The notes under the pieces are model-generated. The model did not search any database. It had not been told where the DNA came from and saw only the letters and a program-made list of their open reading frames with translations. Shown here piece by piece: positions 1 to 10,838 of a stretch of DNA of 35,490 nt (the first letter of the stretch is position 1; each line of letters begins with the position of its first letter). The stretch lies in contig JABLTG010000187.1 in NCBI GenBank assembly GCA_016618085.1, positions 1 through 35,490 on the forward strand. The letters run 5' to 3'. A program made the translations under genes and the position numbers. The DNA is from Neovahlkampfia damariscottae. Lineage: Eukaryota.

Positions 1-435
1 AATGATGAAATTTTGATTTCAAAATTTCCAGTCAAAGGAATGATTAAAAAATGGGAAAGAAAAATTCATAGTACAACAGTGAGAAAAATGCTTCATTGGT
101 CTCATTTTCAATTTTGTCAAACACTAAAACACCTTGCTCAAAAAGATTCTGTTCAAGTACATGAAGTTTCAGAACATTATACCAGTTGTACATGTGGATC
201 ATGTGGAAAAATAGATTGGAAACTTGGAAAAAAAGATTATTTCAATTGTAAATATTGTAATTTTTCTCTTCCAAGAGATTATAATGGAGCAAGAAATATA
301 TTTCTGATGAATATACAAAATTTTATTGGAAATCCAAAAACTGCCAGTACTGCTGGCGACGGTCCTATCCCGAAAGAAACCTTGATTTTAATATCTGGTC
401 TGATTAATCAGAATGAACCGAAAAGTCAGTTTTAA
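1..435 (+). CDS. Fanzor2 / IS607-type TnpB RNA-guided nuclease, C-terminal half (5'-partial at window edge)
   Basis: Frame open from base 1: NDEILISKFPVKGMIKK..RKMLHWSHFQF..VHEVSEHYTSCTCGSCG..FNCKYC..RDYNGARNI. Shows a CxxC..CxxC zinc finger, RuvC-III Asp (277-279) and the Fanzor-type displaced Glu in SEHYTS (172-174), with no Glu at the canonical RuvC-II strand (ILISKF). Confidence 0.93.
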   Translation, partial: NDEILISKFPVKGMIKKWERKIHSTTVRKMLHWSHFQFCQTLKHLAQKDSVQVHEVSEHYTSCTCGSCGKIDWKLGKKDYFNCKYCNFSLPRDYNGARNIFLMNIQNFIGNPKTASTAGDGPIPKETLILISGLINQNEPKSQF

Positions 436-449
436 GATAGCGGGTTATC
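330..449 (+). ncRNA. Putative Fanzor omegaRNA: scaffold/right end ~330-429 plus flank-derived guide from ~430
   Basis: GC-richer stretch right after the RuvC-III motif, with stem GCCAG(343-347)/CTGGC(353-357) and the perfect palindrome TCTGATTAATCAGA (399-412). Kinase homology resumes at ~430. TnpB/Fanzor omegaRNAs overlap the ORF 3' end and the element right end. Boundaries are approximate. Confidence 0.6.
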
Positions 450-1750
450 ATCAACAATTAAAATTTTGACATCAAAGTTATTGTCATAATTTGGTTTTAT
501 CTTTTGTGTTGTTTCTTTTTTGAGAAGTGTGTTTATGATATCTGTTGGTAAAATTGGATATTTGAATGTTGAAAAAGACAATGATGGTTGATTTCCAATA
601 ACAATGATTTCACTTTTTTGAAGTGAGTCTGAAATTGATTTCAATGATTTTTCTTCAATAATTATCAGTTTATTTTCGTCTAATTCTTTTGGATTTACTT
701 CTACATTGGTGATTTTCAATAATTTTAAAATCGATTGAATTTGTTTAATAATACCCTCATCGGAGCATATAACCGAAATATCTTTTTAATTATTGATTTC
801 TCTTTGTATTCATCAAACATTGTCATTTTATTTTTCCATAATTTTATAGGAATGGAAAACCAGAATGTTGTTCCTTTTCCCAATGTACTTTCGACACCAA
901 ATTCACCTTCCAAAAGTTGAATAAGTTTTTTGCATATTGAAAGACCTAAATCCCATACTTTGAACTTTGTTGGTGAATATTTCTTCGGCGAAAATTGAAT
1001 AAAAGGATCAAATAATTTCTTCATGTTTTCATTGGATATTCCTGTACCTGTATCTGTGCAAGAAAAATAAAAATTTTCTTCATTTTTGTCTGAAAATACT
1101 CTTTTGGCACGTATCTCTATCATTCCTTCATTTGTATATTTGATCGCATTTGAAATGAAATTGTTCACACTTTGAAGCATCCTTGATGAATCACCAAAAA
1201 ATATTTTGGTAGGGAGAAATCGAAATATAAATTCATTTTCAATTTTTTATCCAAATATGATTTGGAATTCATGGAAATCGAATTTTCAACAATTTCCAAA
1301 ACTTCCATTTTTTTTTCAATAATCTTCATCTCTCCAGCTTCTATTTTTGAATAATCTAAAATATCCCCGATAATAGATGACACAAAATTTGTTGAATAAG
1401 CAATTTCTTGAATGATTTCAGTAATTTCTTTTGTCAAAGATTTTGAAAGTAAGTTATCAACATTGTATCGAATAATCTCAAATCCCAATGTACATTGGGA
1501 TCATGAAAATTTTTCTGACCCAGTGAGTTCTTAAATAATTTGGGTTGAAGTAATTTGTTTCAAAGTATCGATTCATTAAAATCATTGCCAAAAAATCAAA
1601 AAGAGTAACGGCAATAAAATACAAATTCATGTTTGACAACCATGAAAAAATGATAATATGAAGTATTCCAAAGAATTTGAAATACCTCAAAACAATTACA
1701 AGTACATCATAAAACGAATCAACTTCACCGTTTTTCTTTGGATGATGCAT
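430..1750 (-). pseudogene. Hybrid sensor histidine kinase pseudogene (HK1), internally deleted and truncated by the Fanzor element
   Basis: Fragments: N-terminal TM region (MHHPKK..), [45 protein letters not shown], and receiver start KILIVDDN. The PAS and H-box (SHEIRNPL) are deleted at ~1485, there are frameshifts near 1180 and 725-750, and the rest of the receiver is replaced by Fanzor sequence. Confidence 0.9.
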
Positions 1751-1825
1751 TTCGCTTTGATTGGTCTGATTTCCTTTCTATTTTGGGATAACTGCTATAT
1801 AATTAATAATATTATCGCCCAAGTC

Positions 1826-2515
1826 AGAAATTCACTGACTATATAAAAAGAGCCACGTAGTGGTGATTTATTTATTTAAATATTTTGTTTACTGCATTTG
1901 GTTAGCATTGCGCCTATCTATTAGGATCTTGCTTTGCCATTCCATCTGCTTCTTTGTTCTCTTCCTAGGTGTATTCAAGTTGGTTATCTAGCTATTGTTC
2001 GTCTTCTTCATTTCCTGTAAATTCAATTCTTTCTGTCTTGTAGCCCTTGTATATCTTCATTTTGTTCTTCTACTTCTTGTAGTTTTTGTTTTTTTTTCTT
2101 TTTTTTTTTTGTTTTCTTTTCTTGCTTCTTGACTTTCTTTCACATAATCTTCAACCCTTTTTTTTTAAATCGAATCTTTGCCTCAGAAGCTGGGTTTTTT
2201 GAATTTTTTTTTCCGTTTTCTAAATCAATTAGTTCTTTTTCCATGGTGATAATTTGTTCTATTTTTGATATTCCTGTATCTATCATTTTGTTTAATAAAT
2301 TTGGTTTGAATATTTTCTGCATTCTTTCATCTATTTTTTCGATCTTTATGTCGATATCTGTTTCAATCATTGCTTTTTGTGCTCTATTTGCCCAATTATT
2401 TTTCATAATTATCATTTCCTTTTTTTGGTTTTGTTTCCATCCATTTTCAATATTCAACACTCAGAATTTTTGTTTCATTAATTCCGTAGGCCAATCATCG
2501 AGAAATTCACTGACT
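1826..2515 (-). mobile_element. Decayed 5'-truncated non-LTR retroelement fragment (RNase H-like end) with 15-bp target-site duplication
   Basis: AGAAATTCACTGACT occurs at 1826-1840 and 2501-2515. The minus strand encodes PR/EENKEADGMAKQ (1969-1929, one frameshift), like the RNase H C-terminal motif, followed by (TAAA)n at 1878-1866. A degenerate ORF lies at 2140-2460. Confidence 0.55.
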
Positions 2516-2842
2516 CACTTGGTGAAACCTTAGACAATTCTCATAAAATAAAAACTCACTCTTTTCTCACAAACTAATTGGTAGAAGTTTTTTTCATCAA
2601 AGAAGATTTAAAAAAAAAACAGAAATTTATACTTGAATCAAATGAAGTAGAAAAAAGAACAGTGATAGGTTAGGAGAAATTGTTTTCATTTTCATCATTT
2701 GAACTAGATCGTATTTTTCCTTTTGCATTCCCAAAATGATATTTTAACATTACAAACAATGTTGTGATTTGCATTTTGAAGAAAACTCAATCTTAATGAA
2801 TTTTGAAAAGAAATAAGATTATTTTATTTACAAAGGTTCTTA

Positions 2843-3271
2843 TTAAACAATCATTCGATACACTCCCATCAATTTCGCAATGAAAATAACAATTATACTG
2901 GCAAATACCATCATCAAAAGTATACAAGCTATGAATTCAATCATAGCATCTTTTACTTGATATCTTGGACTTTGAATTTCATTTGATAATTTTACAGGTG
3001 AGCAGATACCTTTCTTTTCTTTCAAGGCTTGTATTTCTTCTTTTAAAAGAGTAGTTTTAGCGAAACTAATTTGTAATTTTGTTTGTAAATTTCTTATTGT
3101 TTTATACATATCATTTATTTCTTTTTGATGATTTTCTTCCATTGCGGCGAATTTAAGTTCAAATTCTTTTGTTTTATTATTTTCCTTTTTTTTTTAAAAG
3201 AACGAAAAAATTACTGAAGCATAAAAAGTTTCATTATGTTCTTGAAATTCATTCAATGTTTCCATTTTCAT
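2843..3271 (-). CDS. Small coiled-coil protein with C-terminal transmembrane helix (tail-anchored-like), one intron
   Basis: ATG at 3271 (MKMETLNEF..), intron gtaatttttt..aaag at ~3215-3186, then the 99-aa ORF with heptads and hydrophobic AMIEFIACILLMMVFASIIVIFIA. Confidence 0.6.
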
Positions 3272-3390
3272 TTTTTATGGATTCTTTAGAAGATGAGGTG
3301 ATACTTGAGGATTTGATCAATGAGTGAATTGGTTGGCTAAAAAAAATTACCAAAATTGAAGATTTACCAAATTTTTTGAGAATTCAAATT

Positions 3391-3777
3391 TTATTCAAAA
3401 AAACCAAAAAAAAACAAGAAAATAATTCCAAAAAAAATACTGATGAAACAATATGAAACGTAATCAGAATGATCATTTGTTGATTCTAATTTCAATACAT
3501 TTAATTCTTTTCTAAGTCTTGAGTTTTCTTCTTCAGCTACTTTCAATGAATCTTGTAAATGAGTGATCTTGATAATCAACTTTTCATGCCAGCTGTTTAA
3601 ACGTGAAAATGGGTCTGAACATTCTCGAGATCTTTGAATCTTGGCAATAAATTCATTTCTCTTGCAATTCTTTTTCTCTTTTGGATCATATGGAGCATTC
3701 ATTGATCTTTTTGGAAGGATTTTCGATTGGTGGAAATTTTCGATTGAATTTTTTCTCCCAACCAATTTATGTTTCAT
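3391..3777 (-). CDS. Small coiled-coil protein with C-terminal transmembrane helix
   Basis: 128-aa ORF with coiled coil LQDSLKVAEEENSRLRKELNVLK and terminal hydrophobic YCFISIFFGIIFLFFFGFFE. Confidence 0.6.
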   Translation of the reverse strand: MKHKLVGRKNSIENFHQSKILPKRSMNAPYDPKEKKNCKRNEFIAKIQRSRECSDPFSRLNSWHEKLIIKITHLQDSLKVAEEENSRLRKELNVLKLESTNDHSDYVSYCFISIFFGIIFLFFFGFFE

Positions 3778-3977
3778 ATTATCACATTGATGATTTGAAA
3801 CAGAGATCCGAACAGTTGAAGAAAATCCAAAAATTTGAATTATTGGTCAATTGATTTTGAAGAGAAGTGCCAATTCCAGCAACACGAACTGAAATCATCA
3901 CAATCAGCTTATTGTTCCGTTTTTATACTTAAAGTTGAAGATCAATGTTTATTCTGATGGGGGACATCTTTTAACTG

Positions 3978-4784
3978 TCACAAGTTGATATCTGTTTCTA
4001 AAGTTGCAAATCCTGCTTTCAAAATTTTGATCAATTTTTCCTCCGTGAATTTAGATTCTATTTTTTTGTCAAAATTTTCAATACCAATGAATTTGAATTC
4101 CACTTTGAAAATAGTTAAATTATCGTTTTGTTCCTTCATATAAATCTTCATTTGCCATCTAAAATGACAAAAATCTATTTTTTTGTTTGATTTTTTGACA
4201 TAAATTCTTTCAGTCCGTTTATGACAAACTGTGACAATATTTTTTTCTTGTTTTTGTATTTCAATGTTCCATGCTTGATCTAAATAACTAATACCTATCA
4301 TTTGAAATAACTCTTTAAAATACAAAGTTGGATGAGCTAATGTTTTTTGTGTTATACAATTCAAAACCAGTAATTCTTTTGATGTTTTGCCATAATGAGT
4401 CAGTAAAAATTGAAATAAAGATTCATATTCTGGCTTAACATCTTTATAAATTCTTTCAAAATCTTCAGCATCTTCCATTGATTTTGTGTTCAAAAAGTAG
4501 GATAAATTAAACAAGAATTGACAAGTTGAGTCGGTTATTTTTTCAGCTTTTTTAACATTTTCTATACTTATTTTTTCTTTTAACCTTGGTAAATCTTTGG
4601 CTATGATTGAATTCATTTCTGAATTTTTCAAATGTTCTGTGAATTTTGAAACATGTTCTTCTTTTGTTTGCTGGATTTTTTGATGGTCAATTTCTTTCCT
4701 GTAGTCTTTTAGTAGTCTCTTAAAGGATGAAAAAGAATCTCTTGTTTCCTCTCTGTCTGACGAGTCCAAACTGGTGAATATCAT
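3978..4784 (-). CDS. Hypothetical protein, C-terminus resembling the amoebozoan/heterolobosean GlfB-like C-terminal domain
   Basis: 268-aa intact ORF; pattern WNIEI..VTVCHKRTE..FRWQMKI recalled from that family. The domain call is tentative. Confidence 0.5.
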   Translation of the reverse strand: MIFTSLDSSDREETRDSFSSFKRLLKDYRKEIDHQKIQQTKEEHVSKFTEHLKNSEMNSIIAKDLPRLKEKISIENVKKAEKITDSTCQFLFNLSYFLNTKSMEDAEDFERIYKDVKPEYESLFQFLLTHYGKTSKELLVLNCITQKTLAHPTLYFKELFQMIGISYLDQAWNIEIQKQEKNIVTVCHKRTERIYVKKSNKKIDFCHFRWQMKIYMKEQNDNLTIFKVEFKFIGIENFDKKIESKFTEEKLIKILKAGFATLETDINL

Positions 4785-4854
4785 ACTGTCCAGAAAAAAA
4801 AAACGTTACGTGATTTGATTCGACAACGAATTTCTTGAAAATAAAACCGAAAAT

Positions 4855-7800
4855 TTAATTAAAAATCATTTTCCTTTTTTTGTATCTTTCATAAATTTGT
4901 GTCATTTCATCAGCAATAAAATATTCAGTTGCATATTTCCAAGCAACATCAAACATCAATGTTGTTCCAACTGTCAACAACACATAAACCCAAAATCTCA
5001 AAGAATAAAAACATAAATCTTGAAAATTTTAAAAACAAATTATCTCTTACATGTAACAAAAAAGTAATCCGCCAATGGATCAACAAAATCAATAACGAAA
5101 ATTGGAAATGCAGAATAAAACAAAAAGAAACCAACGTATGAAACAATACTGAACGCCAATAATCCAAAACTGATAATATCATGGTTTCTTTGATGAAGTA
5201 ATCCTTTGACAAATAAAATGGTTTGTGTTGAAAATGATAAAAAGAAACTTAAGAGATGCAAATCATCTTGGTGTCGATGTTCAATTAATAAATCTGAAAT
5301 AATGATTCCATAAGCAAAAAAGAAGATAATCGAAGCATGCAATACTCCTTGTACCATCCAAACTATGAAAGTGAATATATTGAACCCATAACCTTTTTTC
5401 AAAGGTTTATATAGCTCAGGGCAGTCTTCTAACACTTTTTCTGGATAATCTTTTTCAAAAACACCAAAATAAATAGGTACTAGTGCATTAAACCAACTAT
5501 TGTAAAAAGTTATATACCAAGAGTTCATGACTGAAGTTGAAGTGAACGCACAAAAAAAATTGAAGAAAACTCCAAGAAATGTAATCACAGTATTTTTGTA
5601 AAATGAGTATTGAATAAAAAGACCATTGCGAATATAAGAATATCTTCCTTGAACAAATAGTAATCTCTTCAAATGTTTAAATCTATGAATAGCAAAATCA
5701 GATGATCTTGCAGCGATTGATCCTTCTTTGCCAATGATACCAACACCAATATTTGCTTCGTCAATCATTGGTACATCATTTGCTCCATCACCAATTGCTA
5801 AACCAACTTTTTTGAATTTCTTTTGTACAAGTGCAACAATTTGTGCTTTTTGAAGTGGTGTCACACGACAACAAATGGCTGTTTTAATTTTTGGTATAAC
5901 TTTAATCAATTTCCTTTTTAAAAATGAATCTTCTAAGATTAATTTAATTGAGTCTGTATCCAAAACGATTGAAATATCTTTTCCATCTTTTTCCTATTGA
6001 AAAAAACTTCACTCAAGAAAAATTCAACTTACACTAATTTTCTGTATTGCTTCGTCAAGTGTTGATTCAACAGACTCACTAATTTCACCAACAATTTGAT
6101 ATAAATGAGTATCTTGTGTTATCAGTTTTGATGATTTTCCAATACTTATTGCTGTGTTCACTTTGTCACCTGTCAATACCCAAAGTTGGAGACCTGCTTC
6201 TCTGAAGAATTCTATAGTTTCAGGAACTTCTTCTTGTAAACAATCTTCAATAGCAGTTGCTCCATCAATTGTCAATCCAAATTCCATTTCTCTTTCAGCC
6301 TGTTCAATCAATTCATCTTTATCAATAGTTGCTAGATGAGCGGAAGTCCATTTTTTATTCCATTTACTAAACTGTTCCTGAGTAATTTCTTTGGAACAAA
6401 TTACTTGAAAAATTAAAAAAAATAAGTCATTACAAAGAGTTCTTAAACCTTCATGAGCAAATGTGTCAATATTTTTTTGTGTCTTTTCTAAATAAGGATC
6501 ATCTTCTCTCACTAATTTTGAAACGCAATCATCAGCGCCTTTTGTATAACAAAATATTCTATCTTCTGAATTTTTCACAATGATTGACATTCTTTTTCTG
6601 TCAGAATTAAATTCTAAAAGAGCAAGTAATGTGAATGTTTCTTTTTTTCCAAGAACTTCAATTTCTACAAATTCTAATGATTTTTCTAAGAGTTTAAAGC
6701 CATTATTTGAAGCTGCTTTGATTAAAGCAAGTTCATCTATTGAAGATCCATCATAAATCAATTCATTTGTTTTGATATCAATACGTGGTTCAATGGTATT
6801 ATTCAAAACCAAATTGTATAAAAGATGTTTCGCTGATTCTTTATCTTTTTCATTATTTTTTGAAAAGATGTCTTTTAAACAACCAACACCATCTTTTTCA
6901 TCATAAATCTTATCACCTGAACCGACTGAACATTTTTGAAAATTCATGACTTGTTGTGTTAATTTTTTTTTTTTTTTTTTACTGTTTTCTGTCAGAGTTC
7001 CTGTTTTATCGGAAAATATCCATTCTATTTGTGATAAATCTTGATTTAAATTTGAAGTTATAGGTTTCATTTTTTGGTCTTCATAAAACATTCCAGCGTC
7101 CCAACTCATGAACCTTGCTTGAATAGCTTTTATAATTTCCAAAGAAACAAATAAAGATCCAGGAATTAACAAGTTGTTTAATATAAAAAAAGCTAAAAAA
7201 GAGCTTACAATGAAAATTACAAAGTCAAAGTCAAATTTGATGTTTGTTGCTTCTAATCCTTTGAGATAAAAAGCTTTTGAAAGATTTGTTGCTAAGGTAA
7301 TGAGATAAGCAGCTACTGAAAGTGTAACGATTGTCTAAAATTTAAAAAAAAAAAAATTTACAGTGTGAATAAACAAAATGAATGCCAACAACCAATTCAT
7401 TTTTTTTTCAAGGAGTGAAAATTTATATCTTGGTTTTTTAGTATTTAATGATAATTTGGAATGCTTTCCAGTGTAAATACATAAGGCATAAATCTAATGA
7501 AAGTGTAAAATTTTTTTTTTTTACGAATTTAGTGTTTTTTATGACACAACCTCGCAATAACAAATTTTTGATTGTAACATCAACTTTTTCTTCTCCTTCA
7601 ATATCTAAATATCCATAAAATTTTTCCAGTTCAAATCTTGGTTTTTCGCCTATCAAACTTTTAAAAAAATTTTTTTGATACATTCAACAACTCCTTTCAG
7701 AGTTGAAATCATTTCTGATGATTTGTATTCTCTGGTCTGTTCTTTGGAATAACAAGGTTTTAAATTACATTCTCTTTTAAAAAATGTCAACAAAATGAAA

Positions 7801-8688
7801 ACAAACCCATTTAAATTTGCTGTTGAAACTAAACAAGTTCCAACAGAGTTTGAACTGGACAATAAAAGAAAATCAGCTGGTACCAAATCATCACAATTCA
7901 ATTTAACTATATCACCAACACGTATATTGCAAGCATTTGTTTTAATTTCTTCTCTATTTCTTACAACCAATACTTTTTTATAATTGACAGTTCTATCGGA
8001 TAAATAACGTAACTTTTGAGAATAAACTTTTTTTTTTTTCTTACCACATCTTCAAAACCATCTTTTAAATAAGTAAGACCAAAAATAAAAACGACAGGTA
8101 TAATTGAAGTCAATGGTGAAATTGGTGAAACTCCAGGTATCAAAGCAAAAATCATAACTAAAATGAAGTAAATATTTGAAATCCTCAATAATTGTTCAAT
8201 AGTATTCCAAATTAAAAAAGTATACCTGTTTAAAAAAATCAATAAAAATTCAAAACAAACCATCTATATTTTGTTGTGGTAATGTAATTTGAAGGAAACT
8301 TTGGAAAAAAAAAATTCTTTAAATTTGAAGGGTGGTTTTTTGAAGGATCATTTATGTGTACTATATGTGGTGTATCCATTTTCAATTTTTCTTCAATCAT
8401 TGATTCTTGTCGGTCCATTGAAATTGCTTCAAGACTTACTGAAGAAGGTACAGGTTTATTGAGTGATTTTTCAATTTCACTTTCTTCTGATACTTGAATT
8501 TCTTCTGTTGTTTCATTTTTTGTAATGAGAATTTCAGTTTTCTCTTCTGTGGATTTCATTTCGGTGTCATTTGAATAAACTTCACCTATTTGGTTCTCTA
8601 AAAGTTCCACTGAAGTTTCATGATTATTTGCCTTGATTTCAGCAATTTTAGTTAACTCATCAGAGGACGACGTCTGAGGTGAAGACAT
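4855..8688 (-). CDS. P4-type ATPase (phospholipid flippase), multi-exon
   Basis: NYITTTKY, VGDIVKL..PADFLLLSSS, IPGSLFVSLE, phosphorylation motif DKTGTLT, EFNSDRKRMS, GLRTL, LTGDK, CCRVTPLQKA, GDGAND, YSFYKN. Exons join through short GT-AG introns; start MSSPQ at 8688, stop at 4857-4855. Confidence 0.95.
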
Positions 8689-8839
8689 TTTGATTACTGT
8701 AATGTAATTGGTCAAAACATAAACGGTAATTTTATACAATTAAGAGAAAAGCTCAAATTTTGGATTTTTTCATATAAATAAACATGTTTATAATGTTCCG
8801 ATTGAGTTTCAACCAATTTTTTTATTTCATTTTTTTTGT

Positions 8840-9241
8840 TCAAATTTCGACATCAAAATGAGTGATTTCATTCAATTTTCTACAAATACAATTTCCAATT
8901 GGAACCATTATAGGAAGAGCTACAGTCATCAATAAAGCAAAATTTCTGATCCCAAACACTTTATCCAAAATGTTGTTTGGATAAATGAATGAATTGTCAG
9001 TGGCGTAACCATAAATTTCTATGATAGAGATTGAAACTACACTATAACAGTATTGATGAAAAAAATCAAAGTCCTTCACTAAAAAGGCCAAAGGAGCAAT
9101 AAATCCAACATAATTATATATCACTTGACTCCAATGTCTAAACTGTGCTATTTTCAACCATCCACCAACGTTATGCATCAAAACACCTATTATAAAATAA
9201 ACTACAATATAAATCCAAAAAAAATTTCTTAAAAACTTCAT
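8840..9241 (-). CDS. Hypothetical multi-pass membrane protein
   Basis: 133-aa hydrophobic ORF; CCAATCA motif 30 nt upstream (9272-9278). Confidence 0.7.
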   Translation of the reverse strand: MKFLRNFFWIYIVVYFIIGVLMHNVGGWLKIAQFRHWSQVIYNYVGFIAPLAFLVKDFDFFHQYCYSVVSISIIEIYGYATDNSFIYPNNILDKVFGIRNFALLMTVALPIMVPIGNCICRKLNEITHFDVEI

Positions 9242-9311
9242 GATCGATTGTTTGGAAAGTAAAAATGAATTTGATTGGTTTTTAGGTTTTTTTTAATAAA
9301 AATTTATTTTC

Positions 9312-9920
9312 TTATGGACTGACAACCATACCTTTTTCAACACATGTTAATTGATTTCCTTGATCATCAACAGCAATTGATCTACTTGTATAATTTCCAG
9401 GGAAAGCGAGTCTAAAAAAAGTTAACAATAAAAAATGGACAATTACCTTGGCACTTGTTGTTCAATCACTTGAGTAATTGTACCTGGTTTAATTGGACAT
9501 CCTCCAACAGTAATCTATTCGTTAATTATTATTTTTTTTTTTCAAACTTCACAAAGGTCATAGATGTATTGAAAAACACGAACACCTCTTAAATATACAT
9601 CATTTGTAAGTTTACCTCCATTTGTTGGATTTGCTGTTCCTTTTAAAAAAAATTTAATTTTTTTTTTTGTTGACAAACTTCCTTCTCCAATAGTTGTGAT
9701 TGTAATTTTTTCATTTCTTCTGATAACATCAGGTTTAATTTCAATTGATTTTGGAAGCTATAAAGAAGTTTAATATTAAAAGTTTTGTTACAAAAGGTGG
9801 GTTTTCCATACAGAGTTTAAAATCACCTGGGTTTGAGTTTTTTGATGGAATGATTCCATGATATTCTTTTGCATAAATACTTGCAAAAAATAAGCAAAGA
9901 GCAACAAATACGATTTTCAT
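9312..9920 (-). CDS. ML-domain (NPC2/PG-PI transfer protein-like) secreted lipid-binding protein, multi-exon
   Basis: Signal peptide MKIVFVALCLFFASIYA, then DFKLC, KPDVIRRNEKITIT, YDLCE, GGCPIKPG, FPGNY and QLTCVE spread over short exons. Confidence 0.8.
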
Positions 9921-10025
9921 AACTGTTTTTGATTGAGTGAGAAAAAAACGAAATAATTGGTTAATTTTTATTTCCAACGATAAACTGGAAAGTTTTTATT
10001 TTTAGAAATTTTTGAATAATATCAA

Positions 10026-10368
10026 TTATTCATCTCTGACATCAAGTAATTTATGTCTTATCATTTTTCCATTAGTTCCAAACACATATTCCATGTCACA
10101 TTTTTTTTTTTGCTGTTGCCAACAGAGAGACGAATATATGAGATTCTGTTTCTCCTATTATTTCTGTAGGTTCTTTGACAATTTTTGCTTGTTCATTCAT
10201 TTTGAAATCTGCTAAATAATCTGGTAAGGTTTCTTTCAAGTTTTTTCTCATCAAATCCTCTTTGAAGTACGTTTCTAAATTGATATCATTGTATCTTTTG
10301 ATTGATTCAATGTCATGTGAATTAAATCCTTCAAGGTATGCTTTCCACAACTCCAAACAACTCTTCAT
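10026..10368 (-). CDS. Small SnoaL/NTF2-like protein with an apparent frameshift in an A11 run
   Basis: WKAYLEGFNSHDIESI is NTF2-like. Removing one base from the homopolymer at 10101-10111 extends the ORF with CDMEYVFGTNGKMIRHKLLDVRDE*. Confidence 0.55.
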
Positions 10369-10838
10369 GTTGAATTAGTTCACCGTTTTCATTGGCTATC
10401 TGATTCTTTTACATGTATAGTGACAAACGGACATCAAAATATGGCGTTTAAAATTTTTACAAATTCAAAAGATCATAATACGCGCTAAAAAAAGTTTTAG
10501 ATTTGTTGTTATGAAGAAACTTTCAGATTTCAACATCACGAATCAAATGAAGTTTTATTCAAAAAAAAAAAGAAAATACGAATTCAAATCAAAAAAGACA
10601 TCAAAAACCTTTGGAGCCTTTGCCTTTTTTGATTGAAAAAATTTTCGGAAAATTATTCACCCACTTCACTTGATGATGAACTGAGTTGGAAAATTGATTT
10701 TATCAAAAAATTTGATGTCAAGTAACATGATGTTTTCTGATAGAATTTACAAACAAGGCAATACATTCTCAAATATTTATTGGTCGAATTGAGTTTGAAG
10801 AACGGTTTCTCCAATCAGAAAATTTTGTAGAACAAATA

